From an uncultured Bacillota bacterium (GTDB taxonomy: Bacteria > Sysuimicrobiota > Sysuimicrobiia > Sysuimicrobiales > Segetimicrobiaceae): a stretch of 64,000 nucleotides of DNA. Of the stretch, positions 39,401-48,895 are shown piece by piece. The notes beneath the pieces were generated by a model. The model had not been told where the DNA came from. It saw only the letters and a list, made by a program, of their open reading frames with translations, and did no database searches. The stretch spans positions 640,001-704,000 of the forward strand of contig CAWDRG010000009.1 in assembly GCA_963804645.1 (NCBI GenBank), given 5' to 3'. Numbering within the stretch: the first letter of the stretch is position 1; every line of letters starts with the position of its first letter. Both the position numbers and the translations under genes were made by a program.

Positions 39401-41041
39401 GTGACGGCGATGCGTGAACGCAGTGCGCGACGCGAACGACACCGGTGGTTCGGCGGGGTGCTGGCCGCGGCGGCGATCCTGCTGCTCGGCGGCGCCGGCG
39501 TGGGCGCCGCGCCGGTCCCGGGCGGCACGCTCACGATCGGGCTCGATGTGGATCCGACGACCTTGGATCCCCACCAGTCCGCCGCGGCCGCCTCGTATCT
39601 CGTGGGCAGCCTCAACATCAACGAGAGCCTCCTGTACCAGGATCCCGCCGGCAAGCTCCTGCCGTGGCTCGCCACCCGGTACACCGTGTCGCCGGACGGA
39701 CGGACGTTCACGTTCGATCTCCGGACCGACGTGCGCTTTTCCGACGGCGCGCCGTTCGACGCGGACGCGGTCAAATGGAACCTCGACCGCATCGTGAACC
39801 CCAACTTCCGGGCGGGCGGATCCATTACCGCCCTGGTCGGCTACACGGGGACGACGGTCGTCGACTCCCACACCGTCGAGATCAGGTTCAAGGACCCGTA
39901 CGCGCCCTTCCTGTCGTACGCCGCCGCCGGCACGCTCGGCATGGTGTCGCCGAAGACGACCGCCACGCAGACGCCGGCCCAGACCGGCCGGGCGCCGGTC
40001 GGCACCGGCGCGTTCATGGCCTCGGAGTACGTGAGCGCCGACCACATCACGATGGTCCGGAACCCGTCGTTCACCCGGCGCGAGCCCTGGAGCGACCACG
40101 AGGGCCCAGCGTACCTCGATCGCGTGATCTGGAAGATCATCCCGGAGAGCATGACCCGCGCGATCACGCTGTCGTCGGGCGAGACGCAGATGATCTACAT
40201 CCTCGGCTACGGCACGACCACCGGGTCGATTTTGAGCCAGCTGCAGCGGGATCCGCAGATCAAGGTGGACTCGTACCCGTTTCCCGGATCCGCCTACCTG
40301 TGGCTGATCAACGTGCGCAAGCCGCCGACCGACGACGTGCGGGTCCGCCAGGCGATCCTGTACGGCATCAACCGCCGGGCGATCATCGCGGCGATCTACC
40401 GGGGGCTCGGCCAGCCGGCGTGCGGGTACGTCAGCCACATCCTGCTGCCCGACCCGGTGGCGTGCGCGTCGTATCCGTACGATCCGCAGAAGGCCGGCCA
40501 GCTGCTGGACGAAGCGGGATGGAAGATGGGACCCAACCACGTGCGCGTGAAGGACGGCAAGCCGCTGCAGGTGGTCATCAACTCGCTCAACTCGGGCGGC
40601 GGCGATCTGCCGGACATCCAGCCGGTCCAGGGCCAGCTGCTGGATCTCGGGTTCCAAGCGCAGATCAAGAGCCAGGCGTTCGGCGCCCGGACCCAGGACA
40701 ACTTCACCTGCGCGGACAACTTCGGCACGATCTTCCTGCGCGCGAACGATCCCGACACGCTCTACGCGCTGTTCGGATCGGCGAACATCGGCAGCAACTT
40801 CAACTGGTCCTGCTACTCGGACCCCGAGACCGATCGGATGCTGGCCGAGGGGCGCAGCACGCTCGATCCGGCCAAGCGCCGCGCCATTTATCTCCAGCTC
40901 GACCGGACGCTGCTCGACCGCGCGGTCGCGATTCCGATGATGGACGAGCTGGCGGTGTGGGTGCGCCGGCCGAACGTGCAGGGAGTCAAGTACAACTACC
41001 TCGTCTACCCCGCGTTCAGCGACGCCTACCTCGCGAAGTAG
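39401..41041 (+). CDS. Peptide ABC substrate-binding protein (family 5)
   Basis: Signal peptide, TLDP, FSDGAPFDADAV, GTGAF, DVRVRQA. Confidence 0.92.
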   Translation: MTAMRERSARRERHRWFGGVLAAAAILLLGGAGVGAAPVPGGTLTIGLDVDPTTLDPHQSAAAASYLVGSLNINESLLYQDPAGKLLPWLATRYTVSPDGRTFTFDLRTDVRFSDGAPFDADAVKWNLDRIVNPNFRAGGSITALVGYTGTTVVDSHTVEIRFKDPYAPFLSYAAAGTLGMVSPKTTATQTPAQTGRAPVGTGAFMASEYVSADHITMVRNPSFTRREPWSDHEGPAYLDRVIWKIIPESMTRAITLSSGETQMIYILGYGTTTGSILSQLQRDPQIKVDSYPFPGSAYLWLINVRKPPTDDVRVRQAILYGINRRAIIAAIYRGLGQPACGYVSHILLPDPVACASYPYDPQKAGQLLDEAGWKMGPNHVRVKDGKPLQVVINSLNSGGGDLPDIQPVQGQLLDLGFQAQIKSQAFGARTQDNFTCADNFGTIFLRANDPDTLYALFGSANIGSNFNWSCYSDPETDRMLAEGRSTLDPAKRRAIYLQLDRTLLDRAVAIPMMDELAVWVRRPNVQGVKYNYLVYPAFSDAYLAK

Positions 41042-41056
41042 GCGCGGGCGCGCCGC

Positions 41057-41683
41057 CTAGCGGCGCTCGACCGCGAGCCGCACGCCGAGGGCGACCATGA
41101 CGGTGCCGGCCGCGCCGTCGAGGGCGCGCCGCACCCGTGGGCCGAATCGCGCGGCCGCGCGGGCGACGACGGCGCCGTACAGCGTCAGCCAGGCCGTGAC
41201 CATGATCACGAAGGCCGCAGTCATCGCGGCGATGCGGAGCGGTCCGTCCGAGGGCTCGATAAACTGGGGCACGATCGCGATGAAGATGACGCCGGCCTTC
41301 GGATTCAAGAGATTCCCGAACAGCCCCTGCAGGTAGGCGTCCCGGGCGCCGAGCGGCGCCGGCCGCGCAGGGGCGGGGACCGCGGGCTCCTCGGATCTCC
41401 GGGCGGCCGCCCAGAGGCTGCGGAGACCGAGACACACGAGGAACAGCGCGCCCGCCAGCTTCAGTCCCGCGAACAGCGCCGCGGACGTCGCGAGCAGCGC
41501 CGCCAGCCCCAGGGCCGAGCACAGGCCCCAGCCGAGGATGCCGGTCCCGACGCCGAACGCGGTCGCCCGGGCCGCCCGCGCGCCGCCTTTGAACGCGTTG
41601 CGCGCGACGAGGGCCATATCTGGCCCTGGCGTCACGATCAGCACCGCCGCCACGGCGAGATAGGTCAGAAACCGCGCGTCCAT
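41057..41683 (-). CDS. LysE/RhtB family exporter
   Basis: TPGPD, NLLNPK. Confidence 0.9.
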   Translation of the reverse strand: MDARFLTYLAVAAVLIVTPGPDMALVARNAFKGGARAARATAFGVGTGILGWGLCSALGLAALLATSAALFAGLKLAGALFLVCLGLRSLWAAARRSEEPAVPAPARPAPLGARDAYLQGLFGNLLNPKAGVIFIAIVPQFIEPSDGPLRIAAMTAAFVIMVTAWLTLYGAVVARAAARFGPRVRRALDGAAGTVMVALGVRLAVERR

Positions 41684-41799
41684 CGGACCTCCTCTGGGTC
41701 GACCCCGCTGGGCTCGGTGAGGCCAAGCATCGCAGGGCGGATGCGTCCTGTCAACGGCGGCGTCTTGCCCGCGGCCCGCGGGCCTGCCAGAATGAGCGG

Positions 41800-42612
41800 G
41801 TGAGCGGCGCCGCGCACGCCCCGGTCCTGATCGTACCGTTTCGCATCGGACAGCCGATGCCGGTGCCGCGCGTCGACGTCGAGCACGAGGTGCTGCGCCC
41901 GTCGCTCCCCGACGGGACGCCGCAGGAGCGACTCGGGGTACTCTGCGACGCGATCGCCGCGCGCACGGCCGCGAACCCTGTGCGCGCCGTCTACATCGGC
42001 GACTGCGTGCTGACGCTCGGCGTGCTTGCCGGACTGCAGCGGCGCGGCGTGGCGCCGGCGCTGATCTGGCTGGACGCGCACGGCGACTTCAACACGTGGG
42101 AGACCACGCCCTCGGGGTTTCTGGGAGGGATGCCGCTCGCCATGGCGGTGGGGCGCGGGGAGCAGACCATCGCGCGCGCGGTGGGCCTCCGGCCGATCCC
42201 GGAGGACCGGATCGTGCTGGTTGACGGTCGAGATCTGGATCCTGGCGAAGCGCGGGCGATCGCGGAGTCGCGGGTGGCTCACGTGACCGTGCCCCGGCTC
42301 CTCGAGATGCCGCTGCCCGCGGGGCCGCTGTACGTGCACCTGGATGTCGACGTCGTCGATCCGGGGGAAATGCCCGCGGTGAGCTATCGCGCCTCGGGCG
42401 GACCCTCGGCCGAGACGGTGCGCGACGCGGTCGCGCGGCTCGCCTCGGCGGGGGACATCGCCGCGTTCTCCATGACGCTCTGGGAGCCCGGGCTCGCCGG
42501 AGCGGACCGGTCGGAGGCCGCGGCGGCGGGGCTCGCGCGGCCGATGCTGGGGAGGGGCGCTACGTCTTCGGCTTCGCCGCCTTCGTCTGGCGCTCGTCCA
42601 GCAGGGCCTTGA
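41800..42612 (+). CDS. Arginase family protein
   Basis: GDC, DAHGDFN, HLDVDVVD. Confidence 0.85.
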   Translation: MSGAAHAPVLIVPFRIGQPMPVPRVDVEHEVLRPSLPDGTPQERLGVLCDAIAARTAANPVRAVYIGDCVLTLGVLAGLQRRGVAPALIWLDAHGDFNTWETTPSGFLGGMPLAMAVGRGEQTIARAVGLRPIPEDRIVLVDGRDLDPGEARAIAESRVAHVTVPRLLEMPLPAGPLYVHLDVDVVDPGEMPAVSYRASGGPSAETVRDAVARLASAGDIAAFSMTLWEPGLAGADRSEAAAAGLARPMLGRGATSSASPPSSGARPAGP

Positions 42613-42949
42613 GCGTCCCGAACGCGTCATTGACCACGGGATACCCGGCGTAGAGCGCGACCTGCTTAAACATCGCGATCAGTTCCGCGGGCGTGACGCC
42701 GATGTTGAGGGCGCCGCGGAGATGGTTCTCGGCGTTCCGCCCGAGTGCGATGAGCACCGCGCAGGTCATGAGGCTCCGGGTGCGCAGCTCGATGGTCTCG
42801 TCGCCGTACACCCCGCCGTAGGCGTGCTCGGTGATGAAGTCCGCATACCCCGGGTCAAGGGCGCGGAACACCGCGATGCCGCCCTCGCGGTCAGGCCAGA
42901 GGCGCCGACGTATCGCGCGTCCGCGCTCCAGCAGCTCCTGGTCCGTCAT
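42560..42949 (-). CDS. Carboxymuconolactone decarboxylase family protein
   Basis: ERG..IRR, RTRSL, HLRGALNIG, YAGYP. Confidence 0.85.
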   Translation of the reverse strand: MTDQELLERGRAIRRRLWPDREGGIAVFRALDPGYADFITEHAYGGVYGDETIELRTRSLMTCAVLIALGRNAENHLRGALNIGVTPAELIAMFKQVALYAGYPVVNDAFGTLKALLDERQTKAAKPKT

Positions 42950-43010
42950 CCCGCCCTCCTCCTGCCCCGGCTCGTCGCGACGCGCACGTGGGCGAGCGCG
43001 TGGCCGCCTC

Positions 43011-43472
43011 TCAGAACAACTGCCGCTTCCCGAGGAGCGCCCGCAGCGTGGTCATCTTGCCGATGTGGTACCCGCGGTGGACGCACGCGCTCACCATCAA
43101 CTCACCGACGTTGGAGTAGGAGCGTCCCTCGCTCGGGGTCGGCGTGTCGTAGTCCGCGGTGGCGGCCGCCTTGAGGAGCGCCTCGTGCGTCCGCTCGAAT
43201 GCCTGCCGCACCTCGGCGAGCGGCGGGTACTCGGCCCGACCGCCCGTGCCCCGCTTGAAGAGGGTCGCGTACGATCCCGGCAGCTCGACCGGGACCCCCG
43301 CGAGCGTGACCCACCCGGCCTCGGTCAGCGTGATGTGCCCGAGCTGCCAGATGACCGGCGTGAGCCCGGCGATCACCCGGCCCGCCTCCTCGTCGGTCAG
43401 ATCCGCCGTGCACAGCTGCACGCGCTCGTGCGTGCTGAGAATCCCTCGGGCGGGCATCGAATTGGCGTTCAT
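43011..43472 (-). CDS. DinB family protein
   Basis: WQLGH and HRGYHIG; start estimated. Confidence 0.8.
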   Translation of the reverse strand: MNANSMPARGILSTHERVQLCTADLTDEEAGRVIAGLTPVIWQLGHITLTEAGWVTLAGVPVELPGSYATLFKRGTGGRAEYPPLAEVRQAFERTHEALLKAAATADYDTPTPSEGRSYSNVGELMVSACVHRGYHIGKMTTLRALLGKRQLF

Positions 43473-43527
43473 AGAGTCCCGTCCTTTCCGGCACACGGAT
43501 GGCCGTGCGTACAGCCCGGAGTGGAGT

Positions 43528-43989
43528 CTATCCGAACAGCCGCTTCTTCTCGAGGAGCGCCCGCAGCGTGGTCATCTTGCCGATGTGGTACGCGCGGTGG
43601 ACGCACGCGCCGACCAGCATCTCGCCCACGTTCGAGTAGCCGCGGCCTTCGACGGGGGTGGCCAGGTTTCCGGAGGCGGCGATCGTGAGGAGCGCCTGGT
43701 GCGTCGCCTCGAAGGCCGCCCGCACGTCGGCGAGCGGCGGGTACTTCGCCTGTCCGCCCGTGCCCATTTTGAAGAGAGCCTCGTACGACGACGGCACCTC
43801 GACCGGGACGCCGCCCCGTTTCGCGTAGCCTACCTCGGTCATCGCGACGTGCCCGACCTGCCAGATCATCGGCGTGAGTCCGACGACCACGCGCCCCGCT
43901 TCTTCGTCGCTCAGGTCGGCGGTGCACAACTGGACGCGCTCGTGCGTGTTGAGGAGGCCGCGCGTGAGCCCGGCTCTATAGTCGTCCAT
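43528..43989 (-). CDS. DinB family protein, tandem paralogue
   Basis: WQVGH and HRAYHIG. Confidence 0.8.
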   Translation of the reverse strand: MDDYRAGLTRGLLNTHERVQLCTADLSDEEAGRVVVGLTPMIWQVGHVAMTEVGYAKRGGVPVEVPSSYEALFKMGTGGQAKYPPLADVRAAFEATHQALLTIAASGNLATPVEGRGYSNVGEMLVGACVHRAYHIGKMTTLRALLEKKRLFG

Positions 43990-44064
43990 CTGGGTCCGTC
44001 CTTTCCGGCACCCGGGGGTGCCCGTCGACGTGATCGGCGCGCCGAGGGCGGCGGCCGACCCGGC

Positions 44065-45174
44065 CTACTGGACCTGCGCGCGGGCCGCGACGGCCCACGT
44101 CTCCTGTACGACACCTCCGCGGGCGACGACAAGGCGTTCGGCGAGGTTGACGGTGGGGCAGACGTGCGCGGGCAGGACGTGGACCAGATCCCCGACCCTG
44201 AGGCGGCGCGCGTCCTCGGTCAGCTGCACGCGTCCGTGCTCCTCCCAGAGGCGGTCGATCTGACAGTCCGGGTAATCGAGCAGCATCCCATGGCTCGGGC
44301 CTAGGCTGCTGTAGGGTCCGAACTCGCTCGTCAGCACCTTGCTGCCCGCGTCCAGGACCGCGACGTCGCGGGAGGGACGGCTGATCACGCGGGCGAGCAC
44401 GGTGAGGGCGCACTCGTCAAGCGTGGCCGATCCCCACTGCACCTGCATCGCGTCGTTGAACACGTACGTGCCGGGGCGGATCTCCGTGACGCCCTGCACG
44501 CGCGCCGCCGGCCGGCCGGTCGGCGTGGAGCCGACGCTGACCTCCGCGATCGGAAACCCCGCGGCGCGGAGGCGCTCCGCCTCGCGCACCATGATCTCCC
44601 CTTCTTCGCGCCCCGCCGCGTCCAGATCGGGGAGATACCCGCGGTAGGTGAAGATGCCCGCGATGCGCAGGCCGCGGAGGCGCGCGATCCCGCGGGCCAG
44701 CTCCAGCAGCGGCGCTCCCGGCGCCGCGCCGCAGCGGCCCAGGCCCGAGTCGACCTCCAGCATCACTTCGAGCTCGAGCCCGGCGTGCGCGGCAGCGGCC
44801 GCGAGCGGCTCGGCGCTCTCCAGGCTGTCCACGCCCACGCGGACGCGGATGTCGCGGGCCAGCGCGATCAGGCGCGGCAGTTTGGGGCCGCCGATGATTT
44901 CGTAGGCGAGGAAGACGTCCCGGACGCCGGCGGCGGCCATCACCTCGACCTCCCCGGTCTTCGCGAGCGTGAGCCCGACGGCGCCCGCGTCGAGCTGCCG
45001 GCGCGCGATCTCCACGCACTTATGCGTCTTGCCGTGCGGACGCAGCTTGACGCCCGCGTCCCTGGCGTACGCCGCCCACCGGGCGATGTTGCGCTCGAGC
45101 CGGTCGAGGTCCACGACCAGCGACGGCGTGTCGAGCAGGTCTACGCCCCGCGAGGGGGCCGCGACCGCCGGCAT
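44065..45174 (-). CDS. D-threonine aldolase/DSD1-like PLP enzyme
   Basis: DTP, RPHGKTHK, EIRPGTYVFND, EEHG, HVCPTVN. Confidence 0.88.
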   Translation of the reverse strand: MPAVAAPSRGVDLLDTPSLVVDLDRLERNIARWAAYARDAGVKLRPHGKTHKCVEIARRQLDAGAVGLTLAKTGEVEVMAAAGVRDVFLAYEIIGGPKLPRLIALARDIRVRVGVDSLESAEPLAAAAAHAGLELEVMLEVDSGLGRCGAAPGAPLLELARGIARLRGLRIAGIFTYRGYLPDLDAAGREEGEIMVREAERLRAAGFPIAEVSVGSTPTGRPAARVQGVTEIRPGTYVFNDAMQVQWGSATLDECALTVLARVISRPSRDVAVLDAGSKVLTSEFGPYSSLGPSHGMLLDYPDCQIDRLWEEHGRVQLTEDARRLRVGDLVHVLPAHVCPTVNLAERLVVARGGVVQETWAVAARAQVQ

Positions 45175-45782
45175 CAGCGGGCGGCCCGCGCGCCTTCGGG
45201 GCCGGTCATCCAGACGGTCTTCGCCGCGCCCGGCGCGCGCTTCCGCTGCGGCACGTCGACCGGGTAGCCGACGTACAGCATGCCGATGATGCGCTGGTCC
45301 GGCGTCACGCCGAGGTACTCCCGGAGCGGGCCGTAGCTGCGAAACTCGCCGGAGCGGAAGTAGGTGCCCACCCCGTCGCTCCAGGCGGCGAGCATCACCG
45401 CGTACGCCGCGCCGAAGGTGGACCAGACGTCTTCTTCGCCGAGCTCCGGATCGCTCGACGGCTTGACGGCGAACACGATGATCGCCCCCACATCGGCGGC
45501 GCCCGCGTAGGCCTTGTCCAGTACGGCCTGCGCCTCCGGCGCGCCAGGGTTCGGGAGCTTCGTACGCTGAAAGTCGCGCCGGAGCTCGGCGAACCTCCGC
45601 TTGGCGTCGCCCTCCAGCACGTAGAACGTCCACGGCTCCGTGACGCGGTGGTTGGGGACCCACACCGCGGCATCGAGCCACTGCTCGATCATCGCGCGGG
45701 GCACCGGATCTGGCTTCATGCGTGAGACGCTCCGCCGGGTGCGGATTGCGTCCAAGACGGTCGCGCTAGCCTGTCGGTCCAT
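45174..45782 (-). CDS. Nitroreductase family protein
   Basis: IRTRRS, PNHRVTEPW, LYVGYP. Confidence 0.85.
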   Translation of the reverse strand: MDRQASATVLDAIRTRRSVSRMKPDPVPRAMIEQWLDAAVWVPNHRVTEPWTFYVLEGDAKRRFAELRRDFQRTKLPNPGAPEAQAVLDKAYAGAADVGAIIVFAVKPSSDPELGEEDVWSTFGAAYAVMLAAWSDGVGTYFRSGEFRSYGPLREYLGVTPDQRIIGMLYVGYPVDVPQRKRAPGAAKTVWMTGPEGARAAR

Positions 45783-45874
45783 GAGGGCATGACCTCCGTG
45801 TGAGGGCGGACGTGAGAGAGGTTTCGCTGCGGGGGCTCGGGGCGCCTTTCGGGCGCGGTCACGCGGTGGCGCGG

Positions 45875-47254
45875 CTACACGGATGCGGGGTCGCCGACCC
45901 CTCGGGCCGGCTGGTCGCCCGCGTCGATGACGCGGCGCTCGAGCGCGGCGATCGCGTCGGCGTCGAACCGCTCGTCGGCCTCGCGCTTCAGCAAGAAGAT
46001 CGCGGTGTCCGGCGGGACCTCCGCGCAGTAGGGCCGCCAGGACGTCATCGCCTCGAAGGTGTCCGCCACGGCCAGCACCCGCGCCTCGGCGCTGAGCTGC
46101 GGGCGGGTGAGCCGCCACGGATACCCGCTGCCGTCGAGCCGTTCGTGGTGCAGCGCGGCCAGCCGCGCGACTTCCTGGAATGCGTCGACACGGGACAGGA
46201 GTTCCCACGTCCGGGTCGCGTGCTCGACGATGGCCTGACGCTCGTTCGCGTTCAGCGGGCCGGGCTTCTCGAGGATGCGGTTCGACACGGCGAGCTTCCC
46301 GATGTCGTGCAGCAGGCCGGCCCGGTAGAGGCGCCGCTGGGCGTCCGCGTCCATGCCGAGCATCTCCGCGATCCCGCGGGCGTACGCGGCGACCCGCGAC
46401 GAGTGCCCGGACGTGAAGGCCGTCTTCGCGTCGACGATCTCGGCGAACGATTCGGCGACCCGGTCGAGCTGCGACTCGTCGACGCGCCGCACCGCCTCGG
46501 CGGGCTCCGTGTCGCGCACCATCTCGCGCGCCTCATCGCTCCACGCGCGCGTCCACCACTCGTCGTCCTCGCCCCACCCTGCCAGGGTCTCGACGAGCGC
46601 GGGGTCAAACCACGTGCCCGACAGCGCGCGGATCGTCTGGAGGGCGGACGGCACGCCGCGGTCCGTCACGATCACCTCCACCGTCTGGGCGAGCCCGACG
46701 ATGCGCGCGAGGAGCGGGATCGCCTCCCCCACGAGTCCTTCGGGATGGCCTCGGCCGTCCCAGTGCTCGTCGAGCGCGTGGATCGCCTGGGCCGTGGCCT
46801 CGGGAAGTTCGAGCCGCCGCGCGATCTCGGCGCCCCGCTGCGCGCGCAGCTGGACGAGCTCCCGCGTGTTCCGGGATCCGGTGAGCGCGATCCGGCTCAT
46901 GTGGCGCACCCGCTCCGGCAGCGGACGCCCGATGCCAGCCGAGCGAATGCCGGAGATGACGGCATCGGTCTTGCGGGGCCAGTTGAGGGCGCGGAGCCGG
47001 CGCTTCACGATATGGTCGTCCGATCCGAACAGCGCGGCCATCCGCTCCGCGTTGCTGGATCCGCCGGTATCCTTCAGCAGGACCGCGTAGTGCAGCGCGG
47101 AGCGCGTCTCCGCGTCGAGGCCGACGGCTCCGGCCAGCCGCATCGCGACCAGGCACGATCGGATTGCGTGTCCGGCCGTCTGGCCCTCCGTGAGGTCCAG
47201 CGCGTACGACAGCGAGGCCAGCACGTCTGACAGGCTCACCGCGGCGGTCAACAC
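45875..47254 (-). CDS. HD-GYP domain protein (tandem HD domains)
   Basis: EHWDGRGHP, LLHDIGK, HHERLDGSGYP. Confidence 0.9.
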   Translation of the reverse strand: MLTAAVSLSDVLASLSYALDLTEGQTAGHAIRSCLVAMRLAGAVGLDAETRSALHYAVLLKDTGGSSNAERMAALFGSDDHIVKRRLRALNWPRKTDAVISGIRSAGIGRPLPERVRHMSRIALTGSRNTRELVQLRAQRGAEIARRLELPEATAQAIHALDEHWDGRGHPEGLVGEAIPLLARIVGLAQTVEVIVTDRGVPSALQTIRALSGTWFDPALVETLAGWGEDDEWWTRAWSDEAREMVRDTEPAEAVRRVDESQLDRVAESFAEIVDAKTAFTSGHSSRVAAYARGIAEMLGMDADAQRRLYRAGLLHDIGKLAVSNRILEKPGPLNANERQAIVEHATRTWELLSRVDAFQEVARLAALHHERLDGSGYPWRLTRPQLSAEARVLAVADTFEAMTSWRPYCAEVPPDTAIFLLKREADERFDADAIAALERRVIDAGDQPARGVGDPASV

Positions 47255-47433
47255 GCTCGCTCCTTTACTGCTGTTGTCCAGCGCGTGCCGGGATCACTCG
47301 GAGTTGCGATCCGGCACGCGCGGATCGCCGCGAGGGTTTCGCGATTACCATACCCCCGGGCGGACCGGCACAGACCTTTCGCGGTCATCAGTGCGGCCCC
47401 CGTCGGACGTCGGACCGTGGCACGCGGCCGCGG

Positions 47434-48768
47434 CTACGCTTTGGCCGGCTGGGGCCGAACGCGGATATGATCGAGATGCTGGCGCACGATCGGCTCCAGC
47501 TCCTCCCACTCGATCGCCGTCTGGCGGCCGCCGTCGAACTCGTGTTCCATCCAGGCGTGGATCTCGTGGAGTCCCGGGTCGTCCTTCGCCGGCTCGATGC
47601 CCATGTGCTGCTTGATCAGAAAGATCAGGCCGGCGATCCCCGAGTCTTTGGTCAGCGAGACCTCGAGCGGCCGGCCGAGCAGGGTCGGGACGTCAAACGG
47701 CGCGTACATCCACCAGAACTTGTTGAGTCCGTCGGCGTGGATGCCCGCCCGGGTCCGGTGCGCGTCGCGGCCGTACAGCGGATACTTGGCCGGCAGCGGC
47801 TCGCCCATCTCGGCGTAGAGCGCGGCGAGGTCGTTCAGCGCCGTGAAGTCGGGGCGCGCGGTCGGGAAGTATCCCATCCCGATGAGATGCAGGAGGACTT
47901 GCTCGAGCGGCGCGTTTCCGGTGCGCTCCCCTTTGCCGAGGCACGTGCCGTTGATCGCGCCGCATCCCTCGCGGATCGCGGCCAGACAGTTCGCGACCAC
48001 GAGGCCGGTGTCGTTGTGCGGGTGGAACTCCAGGTCCTCGGCCACGAGCCCGGCCTTGCGCATCGCGCGGAAGATCAGCGGGACGCTGCGGGGCAGCGCG
48101 ACGTCGTCGTACGGCAGTCCCAGTCCCATCGTGTCGCAGATCCGGAACTTCGGCCGCAGCGAGGGTCCATACGGCGCCGCGGTGTCCATGACGGTCTCGA
48201 TGAAGGCGAGCATGAAGTCCATCGACGCGCGGGTGGCGTCCTCGAGGTGCAGCCGCGGCCGGACGCCGGCCTCCAGGGAGATCTTCACCGCGTCGAGATA
48301 CGTCCCGGCGGCCTGCACGCGGCCGCCGGGCTTGAACTTGTGAAAGGTGTGGTAGTCGGAGGCGGACGCCAGCATGCCGGTCTCGCGCATCCCGAGGGTC
48401 TTGATCAGCTCGACGTCCTTCGGGGTCGCGCGGATCCATGTCGTCGGCTCGATCGGCGCGCCGCTGCGGAAGCGCTCGAGCGCGCCCTGCAGCGCGGCGC
48501 GGTCGGAGGCGCGGTAGACGAAGAACTCCGCCTGCCGGATCGCGCCCGAGGTGCCGGTAAAGCGGCACAAGAGGTCGTAGATCCGGAGACTCTGGCTGGT
48601 GGTCAGCGGCAGCCCGCCCTGCTGCCCGTCCCGGTGTGTCGTTTCGGTCGTCCACGCCTCCTGGGGCAGCGTCGCGGGGCGGTGCGTCCAGATGTACCGC
48701 GGGAAGTCATCCCGCGGGAAGCTCTCGAGGAAATATTCCGGGGCGCTCGGATCGGTGATCTTCGGCAC
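47434..48768 (-). CDS. HMGL-like (DRE-TIM) synthase, Re-citrate synthase/phosphinomethylmalate synthase-like
   Basis: ETTHRDGQQ, HLED, CDTMG, HPHND, GERTGNA, RAGIHADG; GTG start after GAGGAGG. Confidence 0.8.
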   Translation of the reverse strand: MPKITDPSAPEYFLESFPRDDFPRYIWTHRPATLPQEAWTTETTHRDGQQGGLPLTTSQSLRIYDLLCRFTGTSGAIRQAEFFVYRASDRAALQGALERFRSGAPIEPTTWIRATPKDVELIKTLGMRETGMLASASDYHTFHKFKPGGRVQAAGTYLDAVKISLEAGVRPRLHLEDATRASMDFMLAFIETVMDTAAPYGPSLRPKFRICDTMGLGLPYDDVALPRSVPLIFRAMRKAGLVAEDLEFHPHNDTGLVVANCLAAIREGCGAINGTCLGKGERTGNAPLEQVLLHLIGMGYFPTARPDFTALNDLAALYAEMGEPLPAKYPLYGRDAHRTRAGIHADGLNKFWWMYAPFDVPTLLGRPLEVSLTKDSGIAGLIFLIKQHMGIEPAKDDPGLHEIHAWMEHEFDGGRQTAIEWEELEPIVRQHLDHIRVRPQPAKA

Positions 48769-48895
48769 GACACCCTCCTCGCTGTCGATCAGCGTGTCCG
48801 GCCCCGTGCGACCGTCGGCCGCGCCCGGACCGGGCCCGCGTCGTGGGCCCAGCGTGTCTAGTATACTGCCGGCGCCGTCCGGCCGCCAGCACCCG

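Noticed and set aside
2039..48768. Phosphonate natural-product cluster linking phnA and the PMM-synthase-like gene
   Set aside because: They are 44 kb apart with unrelated genes between, and no PEP mutase is present
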